A stretch of 63,897 bases of DNA, the filler included, from Barthelona sp. PAP020 (Eukaryota), in assembly GCA_040182905.1 (NCBI GenBank). It is 4 parts of 4 records of this genome, joined end to end, with 100 filler letters (N's around TTAATTAATTAA, not from the genome) between each part and the next. Parts side by side here need not be neighbours in the genome. Positions count along the whole stretch, not along the records: positions 48,225 to 63,897 come from JARQWU010000275.1; 3 more parts are not named here. The stretch is one strand, 5' to 3'. This document shows positions 52,043-62,636 of this stretch, one piece after another. A program made the position numbers and the translations under genes. The notes below the pieces were generated by a model. That model saw nothing but the letters and a program-made list of their open reading frames with translations. It was not told the DNA's origin and made no database searches. The first letter of the stretch is position 1. The number at the start of each line of letters is the position of its first letter.

Positions 52043-54247
52043 ATGGCTAAGAATGAAGACAATAAGATCAGAAATACATATTATTTACCCGAAAGATACA
52101 AATTTAGAATTAAGAAATTGTCTTCATTTTTGATGGCTTTATGGTGTTATTTTTTCATTAATTTTATTGAATATTTCATTCATTGTCAAAAGAATTCTGC
52201 ATCAAAAGCATGTATAACGATATTTTTTGCCTTCTTTTACGTCATTTGTATAAGTAAATACAACATTCATTTTGGAAATTATTTAATTTGTATTTCTTTC
52301 ATATTTTTTAACCTATTTATTTTGGCTTTTTTTGGTTTATTGATTGCTGATTCTTTTCTGTTTGTTTTTTCTTTAGAAATGACTTTCACATTACCTTTTT
52401 TGTTCATCACTAATGTTGGAATAATAAAAGGAGGATTTGATGATAAAAACAAAGGAAAGATACATGTATTTACTTATTGTTTGTTAATATTTTATGTATT
52501 TGGTGCTCCCAGCAATATTTTATATTTATTTGACACACCGTTTACATTTTTTGCTGTATTGGAGATGATTTATTTGCTATATTTGACGATTGTTCTTTTT
52601 TTTGCTAAATTTATCCCTAAACGTTTGAGATCAAGTTTATGCTGTTTATTAGTTGTTTTTTATTTCATCAATTTGAAAAATGAGAGCATATATAATCTTA
52701 CGACTGTTTCTCTCATCTATGAAACAGCGATGTTATTAACCACCTCGACGGATTCAAAACCAATAACAAAAGAAATCACAAATGTAGATACCAGTTCCAA
52801 AAGTAGACACAAATTGGAGAGTTCAGTCGTATTATCTCTTGGATTTTTTTTAATTTTCATTTGGAAAAACCTTGTCTTAACATTGAGTAGTGTAAGGATT
52901 TGGGTAAACTTATTTTTGTACATCACCATTATAGTTCCTCATTTTTTGGTGAACATCCAGAATTTTAGTAATCTGAAGGTAAAGTCTGTTCTAATTAAAC
53001 CATTTTATGTTAGCGTTTTTGAAAATGTTGAGCTAATTTTATTTTTTGTTTCTGCAATCATGTATATGATGAATCACAATGATTATAAATGGTTAATTAT
53101 GTTAATATTGGTGAGTTTGAACATGAGTCCCTTGATATTACCTAAGAATTTCCAAATACCAGTTATGAAATTCACTTCGGTTGTGGTTTTGTGTATCAGT
53201 TACGGTTATTGTTTTGTTCAACAAAACGATGAAGAAACTGTCAGTTTATTTTATGTTTACATTATTATCATGTTATATGCGACTTCTCGAACGATTTTAT
53301 ATCGTGTTTATGAAATTAAAAGGGAAAAGAAATTAGTATTTATTGATAATCACGAAATTTTTGTGTATCTTCAGCATTTTTTGTCGAAATTAATACCGTT
53401 GTTCACTCATATCAGTTTAGTAGCCAAATTTTTAAATAAAGCTATGATAACTGAAGAAGAAAAAGAAGGAAACGTTAAACCAAAGGAATATGCCCCGAAA
53501 CAATTGATTAATTTCATTTGTTTTTCTATTTTAGCTATGTTTTGTTTAGCTATGAGTGTTATGATTTCAAGCGCTTCTGTTCATCATGAGTCTTTCAAAT
53601 TTTCCTTAAGTAATAAAGATAATCCAGATATTTCATTCGATATTCCAGTTAAATCAGAAAAAATTGTCTCATTTAATTCTTTTTTTGATTTTAATCAGGT
53701 ATTTAATGATCAAAATGTTTTTAAACTCGTTATTCAACCTATATTTCTTCCATTTAACAGTGAATTCAAGTTTGGTCAAAATATGACACTTAATAACGGG
53801 CTGCGAACTTTTGATTTTACCTTGAACCCAATATTTGTTGAAGAAATTGGCCAAATTTTATCTTACGCTATTGATGAAACAGATAGCTATTTTTCAATTA
53901 ATGACTTTTTTGAAGACAACTTAAATGCATTGTTTTCAATCAAAGCTTCATTTGCATTGAGGTCTTCGTTTGATGGCTTTCGAGGAATTGTGATTGAAAT
54001 CTGTCCTTTGCAAACTTGGAAGACTACTGAATTAGTTGAAATTGAATTAAACGTTGAATACCTTGTCTATTTGGTATTTGTTTACTTAATTTTTTTCAGT
54101 TCTTTCGGGGAATTGTTTGATTTTTCAAATGACTCTGATGTGAAGCTTATTGATATGATTGAGGATATGAAAGAAGAAGAAGAAAAAAAAAAATCTCCTA
54201 ATGCTAATGAGATTGCTTTAAGTGGTGAAATTGTGTCTAACATTTGA
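52043..54247 (+). CDS. Multi-pass membrane protein, function unknown
   Basis: More than 10 hydrophobic segments, then a soluble domain and a final TM helix; ATG 52043. Confidence 0.75.
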   Translation: MAKNEDNKIRNTYYLPERYKFRIKKLSSFLMALWCYFFINFIEYFIHCQKNSASKACITIFFAFFYVICISKYNIHFGNYLICISFIFFNLFILAFFGLLIADSFLFVFSLEMTFTLPFLFITNVGIIKGGFDDKNKGKIHVFTYCLLIFYVFGAPSNILYLFDTPFTFFAVLEMIYLLYLTIVLFFAKFIPKRLRSSLCCLLVVFYFINLKNESIYNLTTVSLIYETAMLLTTSTDSKPITKEITNVDTSSKSRHKLESSVVLSLGFFLIFIWKNLVLTLSSVRIWVNLFLYITIIVPHFLVNIQNFSNLKVKSVLIKPFYVSVFENVELILFFVSAIMYMMNHNDYKWLIMLILVSLNMSPLILPKNFQIPVMKFTSVVVLCISYGYCFVQQNDEETVSLFYVYIIIMLYATSRTILYRVYEIKREKKLVFIDNHEIFVYLQHFLSKLIPLFTHISLVAKFLNKAMITEEEKEGNVKPKEYAPKQLINFICFSILAMFCLAMSVMISSASVHHESFKFSLSNKDNPDISFDIPVKSEKIVSFNSFFDFNQVFNDQNVFKLVIQPIFLPFNSEFKFGQNMTLNNGLRTFDFTLNPIFVEEIGQILSYAIDETDSYFSINDFFEDNLNALFSIKASFALRSSFDGFRGIVIEICPLQTWKTTELVEIELNVEYLVYLVFVYLIFFSSFGELFDFSNDSDVKLIDMIEDMKEEEEKKKSPNANEIALSGEIVSNI

Positions 54248-55063
54248 AGTAGGATACAGTATTTCATGTTTAAACCTTTAAAAATATTTTGTAAAGTTGG
54301 TGTTTTTGTTTTGACACATCAAAATTTAATTTTGAAGTCATCTTTGCCTAAGCATTGAATATTACAACTTGTGGATAGCTTTATAGTGGGTATTTAGTAT
54401 TTTAACTTTAATTTTTTATATACAAGTTTATCTACATCAAAATAAAGACTGATTTTTTTTGTTTTTATGTATTAACATGGAGTTGAAAATTTTGGAGATA
54501 TATGGCATGAAAAAACCCACAAATAATTGAGATTTGAGTTTATTTCTGAAGGACTTCTAGATTTTGAAATGAATGGCAATTGGTGAATTCAGACTTGCTT
54601 TCATTAAACTTTTATGACTCAAACACAACATCCTCCAATACATCTGTTCAATCAATTTGTTCATCTATGTCGAAAATAACAGAGAATTTTTCATCAATTC
54701 AACTGTTATTGACTTTTTGACAGGGGGCACCAGATAAAATTGTACGAGAAAGAATTTTTGTGGCATTTGATGCTATTCTTCAAGTCATTCATTAGTTCCT
54801 TGTTGTGAAAGAAATTGCATACATAGGTTTGAAAATAATTAAGTTGTTGAATTCTGTAAAGAAAGGGTTCTTTATGTTGGATTTCAAGAGCATATCCTAA
54901 AGTTCCGATTGTGATTAAAAATGCAAATTTTTGCACCAACAAAACCATACCTGCAGCTTTTCCAAAAGTTCCACAATAAAAACATTCAAAACAAATGAAA
55001 ACCAAAATAGAAATTTACAAGTATATAAAACAACAAAAAAGCATTAGTAAATCACTTACCTTG

Positions 55064-55741
55064 TTATAGAGGAACCATATCAACCTTTGCAACTACTAAT
55101 GATACCGGATCAAAAGTAACACATAACTGAAGAGGATCTTCTTCAGCGTAGAGTGACTTAATGCTAAATTGATCCAAATCAAACTGACAAAAAGAGTCAA
55201 AAATTCGAGCAAGTGGCTGTGGTATGGTATCATGAAAGAACGCTTGAGAATCCCCCAATAAAATGAATGAATCCTCTCTAATTTTTTGATATTCTCGCAG
55301 TAAGAAATAAAAATATATTTTTTTCCTTATAATGTTTGAATCTGATGTAGTTTTCAAAATATCGGAAATATCAGAAATAATCAAATTTTTTGGTCTTAAA
55401 TCAGGACTTAAACAATGTATATAAGAAAAATATCGTATTAATTCATTAATATTTGAAATAAAATATAATTTTAAATTTTTTAAATATTGGTCTTCGGTTG
55501 TTGGTTGAAATTTATTGATGAAAGCCATATTATTTGATAATTTTTGTTTTCTAGGTAAAAATATAATAACTTCTTCGTTTAATTGTCTGGCTATAGTCAT
55601 TCCATAATTAATCAAACAACATTCCAACATTTTTGCATTATCTTTTGACCCAATACACACACAATCAGCTTGATATTCTATTTTTGATGATACAAATTCA
55701 CTTACATTAGGAGTATTAAATAAAAAACCAGGAAAAAACAT
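55064..55741 (-). CDS. SWSAP1-like RAD51-paralog (RecA-fold) protein with a degenerate Walker A
   Basis: IARQLNEEVIIFLPRK...LKNLKLYFISNINELIRYFSYIH...PKNLIISDI follows the SWSAP1 pattern (VLFL.R...L.KI...EL.R.L...H...PSLLLLD). Confidence 0.55.
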   Translation of the reverse strand: MFFPGFLFNTPNVSEFVSSKIEYQADCVCIGSKDNAKMLECCLINYGMTIARQLNEEVIIFLPRKQKLSNNMAFINKFQPTTEDQYLKNLKLYFISNINELIRYFSYIHCLSPDLRPKNLIISDISDILKTTSDSNIIRKKIYFYFLLREYQKIREDSFILLGDSQAFFHDTIPQPLARIFDSFCQFDLDQFSIKSLYAEEDPLQLCVTFDPVSLVVAKVDMVPL

Positions 55742-55800
55742 TTAATATTTATATTGCCTGCTTTTCAATTTTGCTTTTCATTTATTCCTCTTTTTTATAC

Positions 55801-56724
55801 ATGATAATTGTCGAAAACAAAATTGGTGAAGGCACATTTGGAACTGTTGTTGAAATTATTGATGATGATGGAAAGAAGAAAGCTATGAAAACAACAAAAC
55901 ATCCTTCTCATTCTATTTCAAGGGAATTTCGTTGTCTTAAAATTGTCAATCATCCCAATATTATAACATTGCAAAAATTCTTTATAACAAAACACAAAAA
56001 CGAAATATACCAACATTTTATATTTCCAAAGATCGATTCCACTTTGCTGGATTTTAAAATTTCTCATGAGCCATTACTTAAATCAATTATTTTTCAAGGG
56101 CTTCTTGCATTAGCACATTTAGAAGTAAAGAGGATTATTCATCGAGACATCAAGCCATCCAATATTTTATGGTGTTCAATTACACGTCGAATAGTGCTTA
56201 CTGATTTTGGAAGTGCTTGTTTGGTCAAAGATAAGGAAGAGAACAATCAAAGAAGCACGTATGTTTGTTCCCGTTTCTATCGTGCTCCTGAACTTCTTTG
56301 GGGTCACGAAGAATACACAACAAATGTGGATGTTTGGTCTTTAGGATGTGTACTATTGTTTCTCTTGAAAGGGCGAGATTTCTTTGTGTCGAAGAGTTCG
56401 TCAGAGCATTTAAAATTGTTGGACAAGACAATTGGTCTTGGGACATTTTATGGCGGGTCACCCCATCAAACAATCGATCATTGGTTTGATTCAACTCTTT
56501 CAAAAGAAGGAAATTCTCTCCTAACTATGATGTTAGAACCATCTCCTCTGAAAAGATGTTTTGCTTCTCAACTTTTAAATCACCCATGGTTTTGGTCATT
56601 GGGAAGTGAAGATATGGACTATCTTCCACATATTTATCATTCTTTTGAGTTCAATGAGTCCTACGAGCCAGTTAATCTGGATGAGTTAGTTGTGTCAATA
56701 CGAAACTGTGATGATTCAAAATAG
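55801..56724 (+). CDS. CMGC protein kinase, GSK3-like
   Basis: GEGTFG, AMK, HRDIKPSN, DFGSA, STYVCSRFYRAPELL, DVWSLG. Confidence 0.9.
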   Translation: MIIVENKIGEGTFGTVVEIIDDDGKKKAMKTTKHPSHSISREFRCLKIVNHPNIITLQKFFITKHKNEIYQHFIFPKIDSTLLDFKISHEPLLKSIIFQGLLALAHLEVKRIIHRDIKPSNILWCSITRRIVLTDFGSACLVKDKEENNQRSTYVCSRFYRAPELLWGHEEYTTNVDVWSLGCVLLFLLKGRDFFVSKSSSEHLKLLDKTIGLGTFYGGSPHQTIDHWFDSTLSKEGNSLLTMMLEPSPLKRCFASQLLNHPWFWSLGSEDMDYLPHIYHSFEFNESYEPVNLDELVVSIRNCDDSK

Positions 56725-56806
56725 CTGATGTTTAATGAATGATTAATTATTTCGATGAACAAAGGCTGCTGAAGACTCAAGCCCTCTGACAAAAAAGAAA
56801 AAGATG

Positions 56807-57394
56807 CTATGTTAATTTATTTTTTCTTTTCAGTTTAGAGTTTTCAAATTGGAGTTTTGCTAACTTTTCAAGCAAAATCGTATTCTTTGACTCACTTTCC
56901 TTCAGCAAGTTATCCTTATTCTCAATGATTTTTTGCAAATTATCCAATTGCATTTTATGATTTCTCTTCAGCTGTTTTATCTGTTCTACAATATCTTCTA
57001 ACTGGTATACAGGTGTAAATTGTTGTCGAAGCAATCCGTTTAATTCTCCTGATACAGTTTTGGTCATATCACCTATCAAACGCATCTCTTTCAACAATAA
57101 TTTGAATCTGTTTGTCTCCTCATTTTTATATTCATTTTCAACTTGTATTGAAGATGCTGTTGTGAAGGCGCTTACAGTAATCGTTGTTTTATCATGTTTT
57201 GAATCAACATTCAATAACTTCCTAATGGAATTTGGGGTATCATTCACATCTATTTGATTATTTGATAAATTTTTTTCCAATTTTTTATATCTATCTTTCA
57301 AATCTTCAATAAGTATAGATTTTTCATAAACTTCATCAACAAGTTCAATGTTATGCATCATAACAGTTTCATAATGTTCCATTAACGTACTCAT
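56807..57394 (-). CDS. Coiled-coil hypothetical protein
   Basis: 195 aa, heptad-rich. Confidence 0.65.
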   Translation of the reverse strand: MSTLMEHYETVMMHNIELVDEVYEKSILIEDLKDRYKKLEKNLSNNQIDVNDTPNSIRKLLNVDSKHDKTTITVSAFTTASSIQVENEYKNEETNRFKLLLKEMRLIGDMTKTVSGELNGLLRQQFTPVYQLEDIVEQIKQLKRNHKMQLDNLQKIIENKDNLLKESESKNTILLEKLAKLQFENSKLKRKNKLT

Positions 57395-57718
57395 ATCTAT
57401 TCATATCATTGAAGTTCTAACAAGTTTAAAAAAAAAATCTTTTTGAAGTGATTATGATTAAAAATTTCTTTATTTTAACCTTTGATTATAAAATTTATTG
57501 TCAAAATAACATAATTTTTAAACAAAAAAAAAGGACACATTTCAAAAAAAAAAAGAAACAACCTGCATCTCCAAAAAAAAAAAAATTGTTTCAAAAACGA
57601 AAAATATTGATAATATATTCAAATTTATATGACAGATAAAGTTTAAATTACAAAAAATTCTGTTAAAAATCAAAGTATACAAAAATTATTTTTCTTTTTG
57701 TAATATACAAACAAAAAA

Positions 57719-58330
57719 ATGTCAAAGCGTGGTTTATCTATGGAAGAAAAAATACGTAGAGTTTCTTCTTGGTTTAATGAACGTCCAGAACCTTTTAGTA
57801 TTAAAGAACTTGAACAAAACCTTGCTAAACAAACAGGAATTCCTGCAATGCAAATGAAAGATATATTACAAGCAACTATTGATGAAAATTTTGTGCTTGT
57901 TGATAAATTAGGTTTATCAAATTGGTATTGGAGTTTTCGATCTGATTTATATGTAAAAACAGGAAAATTATTGGAAGATATTGAAATACAAATGAATGAA
58001 ATGCTTGATAAGAAAAATAAACTGATGAATAAAATTGAAAAAGAAAAAGAAAATAGAGTTTTAGAAAACAGAGAAGAATTATTGACAAAATTGAAAGAAT
58101 TAAAGAAACAGACACACATTTTAGAAGATGAATTGAAAGTTTTTGAAGATAGTGACCCTGAAGTACTTCAACAACAAGAAGAATTAGTACAAAAAAGCAT
58201 AGATTTTACCAATCAGTGGACAGATAATTCATTTGTAGTTGCAAAATGGGCAGCAGATAAACTTGGAAAAAAAATTCCAGAAATGATGAAAATGTTTCAA
58301 ATGGATCCTGATATGGATTACATGGAGTAG
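57719..58330 (+). CDS. MND1: Meiotic nuclear division protein 1
   Basis: MSKRGLSMEEK, FSIKELE, KDILQATIDEN...DKLGLSNWYWSF, coiled coil, DPE, NQWTDN. Confidence 0.93.
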   Translation: MSKRGLSMEEKIRRVSSWFNERPEPFSIKELEQNLAKQTGIPAMQMKDILQATIDENFVLVDKLGLSNWYWSFRSDLYVKTGKLLEDIEIQMNEMLDKKNKLMNKIEKEKENRVLENREELLTKLKELKKQTHILEDELKVFEDSDPEVLQQQEELVQKSIDFTNQWTDNSFVVAKWAADKLGKKIPEMMKMFQMDPDMDYME

Positions 58331-58520
58331 AATAATGGAATATAAACAAGTAGACAATTTTTTTTATTTCATTTTTACACAAAGAATGGGGAAGTTTGTT
58401 GTTGTTAAACAAAGCAGTAGTCTTCATTCTCAAATATTAATGAATGTTAATAACATCAAAAAAAAAAAAAATGCAGGCAAAAAACTTTATACAAAAAATT
58501 AACTTTGTCATCCAATTTTA

Positions 58521-61500
58521 TCAATCCATCTTTCCCTTGTTTGAACTTCTGGACTTTGGAATAGGATCAATAGGTCTGTCTAATCTTACATCTGCAGAAA
58601 AATCATCTTCAAAAACATCATTATCCTTCAACAACAATTTATCATCATCCTTCTTAATTTTTAACGTTAAATTCTCCAAACCACAAAATCCAACCTCATA
58701 ACCTTTCAAATGTCTTCTCTCCACAAATTTACACATTTCTTCAATAATGATAACAGGCAAACTGATTAAAATAACTAGTAACCAGTCATAAAGTTGATAT
58801 TTGACAACTCCAAAAACATTTTGAAATGCTGGAACATATATAATAAGAACATGCTCAAAAATACTCAAACAAACAGAAAACAACAGTAAAGGATTGGTTA
58901 AAATGCTGTGAGTGAATAGACTTTCGGTAATACTCATACAATTTATTGCATTGAACATTTCAATAATAACTAAGACTGATAAACTATGAGTACTAGCTTT
59001 TTTCAAATGATACAATCCATCAACAACGGGTTCGGCACCATTAAGTCCTTCTAAAACCCAGGAGTTCAACTCCTTGAATTGAGCAAAAGTCAATTGAGGT
59101 CCTTTAGGATCCAAACACATATAAAATAAATAAACCCCAACAGTAGAGATTCCGATATAAAACCCAACATATAAGAAACGTCTAAACATTGTTTTAGAGA
59201 CCAAAGGTTCAGTTCTACTTCTTGGTTTGGAGTCCATCAAATGTGAGTCAGGAATATTGAAAGATAAAGCTGTTGCAGGTAAACCATCGGTGACTAAATT
59301 GACCCAAAGTAATTGAATTGGTGAAAGGAATTGAGCAAAATTGAAAAAAGTGGAAAAGAATATACAAGCAACTTCACCAAAATTGCTAGAGATCAAGAAT
59401 TTAAGGAACTCTTTGCAATTTAAATAAATCAATCGACCAGCTTCAATAGCGCTTACCAAAGTCGAAAAAGAATCGTCCATCAAGACCACATCACCTGCCA
59501 TTTTAGTGACATCACTTCCACTTCCCATAGCAACACCTACATCTGCTAAACGAATAGCAGCAACGTCATTTACACCATCACCTGTCATAACAATCACATC
59601 ATTTGAAGTCATTCTCAACGTCTTAATAATCATTCCCTTAACAACAGGCGTAACCATTGCAAACACAGAACAATTCTTTACAGCTTGTTGTCGTTCACTA
59701 TCATTCATCTTCAAGAAATCATGTCCTAAAACAACAGAAGCTTTGGAAATCGCTTGGATACCTTGATTCATACTTATCAATCCTATTTCATTCGCCACAC
59801 TCAAAGCAGTACCAGGAATATCTCCAGTGATTATCATAACACGAATTCCTGATCTTGTACAGGTTTGAAGGGATGTAATCACATCTGGTCTGGTAGGATC
59901 TTTTATTGCTACTAGACCAGTCAATATAATTGATTGTTCAAGATCTTCGACATTGCAATTGTGTAAATCATTTGTGTCGTGCTCAAAGATTCTGAAACCC
60001 GTAGCAATCACTCGATATGAATGACTAGCCCATTCTTCGACTCGATTTTCAATCATTTCACGCAAATCAGCAGTCAACTCAACCATATCCTTATCTTCAA
60101 GCATATCAACGTCAAAAGAATGATTACAAGAGGTCAAAACATGACTACAACGTTCTAATAATAACAAAGGACTTCCACGAACAAATAAAATTGGATTCTT
60201 CGCCTTGTAATGTGACTTTTGATCAATTTTGCTGGCAATCACACTAACTCGCTTACGTTCAGGGGTGAAATCATCATATCTCAAACAATCATACTTAGTT
60301 GCCAGACGATCGGAAAAGTTGGTTAATTTTTCAAAATTTTCCGACTCCAAACATTCCCCCAGTACGCGCAAAGCAATATCAGTTTTCGAACCTATACCAA
60401 CGACCTTATTTAACTCACATTCTTCGGTTGAATATCTCAAATTGGACATGTTACCAAATGAACAACATTCTGCTAACGCTAATAAGTTACCTTTGATACT
60501 ATTTGCTTGAATATCAAATTTGTGTGGCACAGGAGTGTACACATTCGACAAATCTAAATTCTCCCGCTTATTTGCAGTTATTAGATCAATACTTGATCCA
60601 TTATTCTTGAAAAGACCAAAAGATTCAACTTCCATCTGATTCAATGTTAGCGTCCCTGTTTTATCACAAGCAATTAAAGAAACAGATCCTAAGGTTTCGA
60701 TAGCATTTAATCTACGAACAAAAAGACCACGTTTACTCATCATCTTAGCGCCTAACGATAAAGTGATCGTCATTACGGCAGGTAAACCCTCAGGAATTGC
60801 AGCAACTGCCAAAGCAACAGCAGTCTTGAAATAAAACACGCATCCTGCAAACCAACCTCCATATTGTGGCAAGCCGAAATGCCCGATGTTTATTAACCAG
60901 ACCAAAATACAAATAATTAATATGGCCCACCATAATTGAACACCAAAATGGTCCAATTGCTCTCTTAACGGGGACTTGGAATCCTCACTCTCAACAATTA
61001 GTGAATGACACTTACCAACCTCTTGTTGAACCCCAGTTGCATAAACAACAGCCAAGCATGAACCCATTGCCACCTTTGAATTTCCCAATACACAGCATTC
61101 ACACTTGAAAATATGCTCTGAATTGGAAATTTTAGCGGTCTTATATACGTTTTTGTTTTCTCCTGAGAGATGAGAATCATCAACCTGAAAAGTCGCGCTG
61201 AGTAAATGACAAACACGACAATCAGCAGGAACAATATCTCCTGTTGATAACCTGACAATATCTCCCGGAACCAGATTATCCGCAGGTACAATCATATCCT
61301 CTCCATTCCTTATACATCTGGTATGTGGAGTTTCTAATTTTTTCAATTGTAACACAGCTTTTTCAGCATTAAAATCTTGAATACTACCAATCATAGCATT
61401 AATTGTTAATATTAATAATATAACCAAAGGTTCACTAAATTTTGAAAGAAAAGATTCATTACCATCTTCAAAAAGTGCCAAAATAAAAGAAATAAACGCA

Positions 61501-61703
61501 GAAACCAACAACAATAACACCATACGATCTTGAAATTGCTCAAATACCAGCTCCCATAATGGAGTAGGTTTTTCTTCGGGTAAACTATTTGGTCCATATT
61601 TCTTTAATCTATCATTAATTTGTCTAGTCTTTAATCCAACATTTAAATCAGTATCTAATTGCTTAAGTACATCTTTAACACCTATACGTGCAAATTCAAC
61701 CAT
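58521..61703 (-). CDS. SERCA-type (P2A) Ca2+-ATPase, divergent
   Basis: LWELVFEQF, AVALAVAAIPEGLPAV, DKTGTLT, TGDGVND, ISSNFGEV, QLLWVNLVTDGLPATAL, IEMFNA; first ATG 61703. Confidence 0.92.
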   Translation of the reverse strand: MVEFARIGVKDVLKQLDTDLNVGLKTRQINDRLKKYGPNSLPEEKPTPLWELVFEQFQDRMVLLLLVSAFISFILALFEDGNESFLSKFSEPLVILLILTINAMIGSIQDFNAEKAVLQLKKLETPHTRCIRNGEDMIVPADNLVPGDIVRLSTGDIVPADCRVCHLLSATFQVDDSHLSGENKNVYKTAKISNSEHIFKCECCVLGNSKVAMGSCLAVVYATGVQQEVGKCHSLIVESEDSKSPLREQLDHFGVQLWWAILIICILVWLINIGHFGLPQYGGWFAGCVFYFKTAVALAVAAIPEGLPAVMTITLSLGAKMMSKRGLFVRRLNAIETLGSVSLIACDKTGTLTLNQMEVESFGLFKNNGSSIDLITANKRENLDLSNVYTPVPHKFDIQANSIKGNLLALAECCSFGNMSNLRYSTEECELNKVVGIGSKTDIALRVLGECLESENFEKLTNFSDRLATKYDCLRYDDFTPERKRVSVIASKIDQKSHYKAKNPILFVRGSPLLLLERCSHVLTSCNHSFDVDMLEDKDMVELTADLREMIENRVEEWASHSYRVIATGFRIFEHDTNDLHNCNVEDLEQSIILTGLVAIKDPTRPDVITSLQTCTRSGIRVMIITGDIPGTALSVANEIGLISMNQGIQAISKASVVLGHDFLKMNDSERQQAVKNCSVFAMVTPVVKGMIIKTLRMTSNDVIVMTGDGVNDVAAIRLADVGVAMGSGSDVTKMAGDVVLMDDSFSTLVSAIEAGRLIYLNCKEFLKFLISSNFGEVACIFFSTFFNFAQFLSPIQLLWVNLVTDGLPATALSFNIPDSHLMDSKPRSRTEPLVSKTMFRRFLYVGFYIGISTVGVYLFYMCLDPKGPQLTFAQFKELNSWVLEGLNGAEPVVDGLYHLKKASTHSLSVLVIIEMFNAINCMSITESLFTHSILTNPLLLFSVCLSIFEHVLIIYVPAFQNVFGVVKYQLYDWLLVILISLPVIIIEEMCKFVERRHLKGYEVGFCGLENLTLKIKKDDDKLLLKDNDVFEDDFSADVRLDRPIDPIPKSRSSNKGKMD

Positions 61704-61826
61704 TTGAAACAATAAATGGCTGCTGAATTATCAAAAAAAAAAAAAACATCCTGAGATTACTCTTACCTTTCAACCTTAATTTACCACCACAGATTTTTTG
61801 AATAACAATTAACATATTTTGAATGA

Positions 61827-62636
61827 ATGAAACATCCTCTTTTGATATTATTAATTGGATTGCCTGGATGTGGTAAATCTTATCTGGCAAGTAATGTTTA
61901 CGATTCTTTACTTTCCTCATTTGAAAACGAAAATGAGAAATATTTTACTAGTGATAGAATAGAATTGATAGAATTTGATAAAATTTCTCAAAATCTACAC
62001 GAATCCTTAAATGAATCACAATGGTCTCCCCAAATATGGCATCAAAGTAGAAAGATATTCATTGAAACTGTCAAAGAAGCCTTAATAAATCAAAAAAAAA
62101 TTGTCATTGTTGATGATAATTTACAATTGACCAGTTTAAGAAAACCCTTTTGGAGATTAGCTGAAAAATATAGTTACTCAACTTTATCGATCTTTATTGA
62201 TGCACCTTTAAATCATTGTTTGTATCAAAATTCGCTCAGAAGTGGCAATAATTTTGTGTCAGAGAAAATTATTAAGAAGATGAAAATTGATGTTCCAATT
62301 GATGATTACAACAATGGTAAACATGTTATTATCGTTCCTACGTCAGATTTAACTTTTGATTTACAAATTAATATCAAGGAATATCTTACAAACAATAATT
62401 TATGTAAAATTCAAGTGAATCACACACATGAAAGGGAAATTCAAAATGATCAACATAATTTTGATATCAGGTTAAGAAGAATTTCATCACAACTAATTGA
62501 TTGTGTTCCTTTGGATAAAAAGCAAGAATTAGCCAAATTTTTGTCAAATCAAAAGAAAAAGTTGTTAAAAATTTTTGTAAATAGCCCAGATTTCTTTGAG
62601 AATAAGAATGTTGAAGAGTTGTTTATTAAATTGTAA
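61827..62636 (+). CDS. PSTK: L-seryl-tRNA(Sec) kinase (PSTK)-like P-loop kinase (KTI12/PSTK family)
   Basis: LIGLPGCGKS, IEFD, WHQSR, VDDNLQLTSLR, CLYQNSLR, VSEKIIKKM, HNFDIRLRRI. Confidence 0.72.
   Translation: MKHPLLILLIGLPGCGKSYLASNVYDSLLSSFENENEKYFTSDRIELIEFDKISQNLHESLNESQWSPQIWHQSRKIFIETVKEALINQKKIVIVDDNLQLTSLRKPFWRLAEKYSYSTLSIFIDAPLNHCLYQNSLRSGNNFVSEKIIKKMKIDVPIDDYNNGKHVIIVPTSDLTFDLQINIKEYLTNNNLCKIQVNHTHEREIQNDQHNFDIRLRRISSQLIDCVPLDKKQELAKFLSNQKKKLLKIFVNSPDFFENKNVEELFIKL

Noticed and set aside
54400..55005. 99-aa minus-strand ORF and stop-interrupted plus frames, a possible decayed gene
   Set aside because: Non-ATG start and no recognisable motifs
55030..55059. Minus-strand GTAAGT followed by TTACTAAT just after the stop of the SWSAP1-like gene, a possible intron
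   Set aside because: The branch-like motif is too close to the donor, there is no nearby AG acceptor, and it lies outside the CDS
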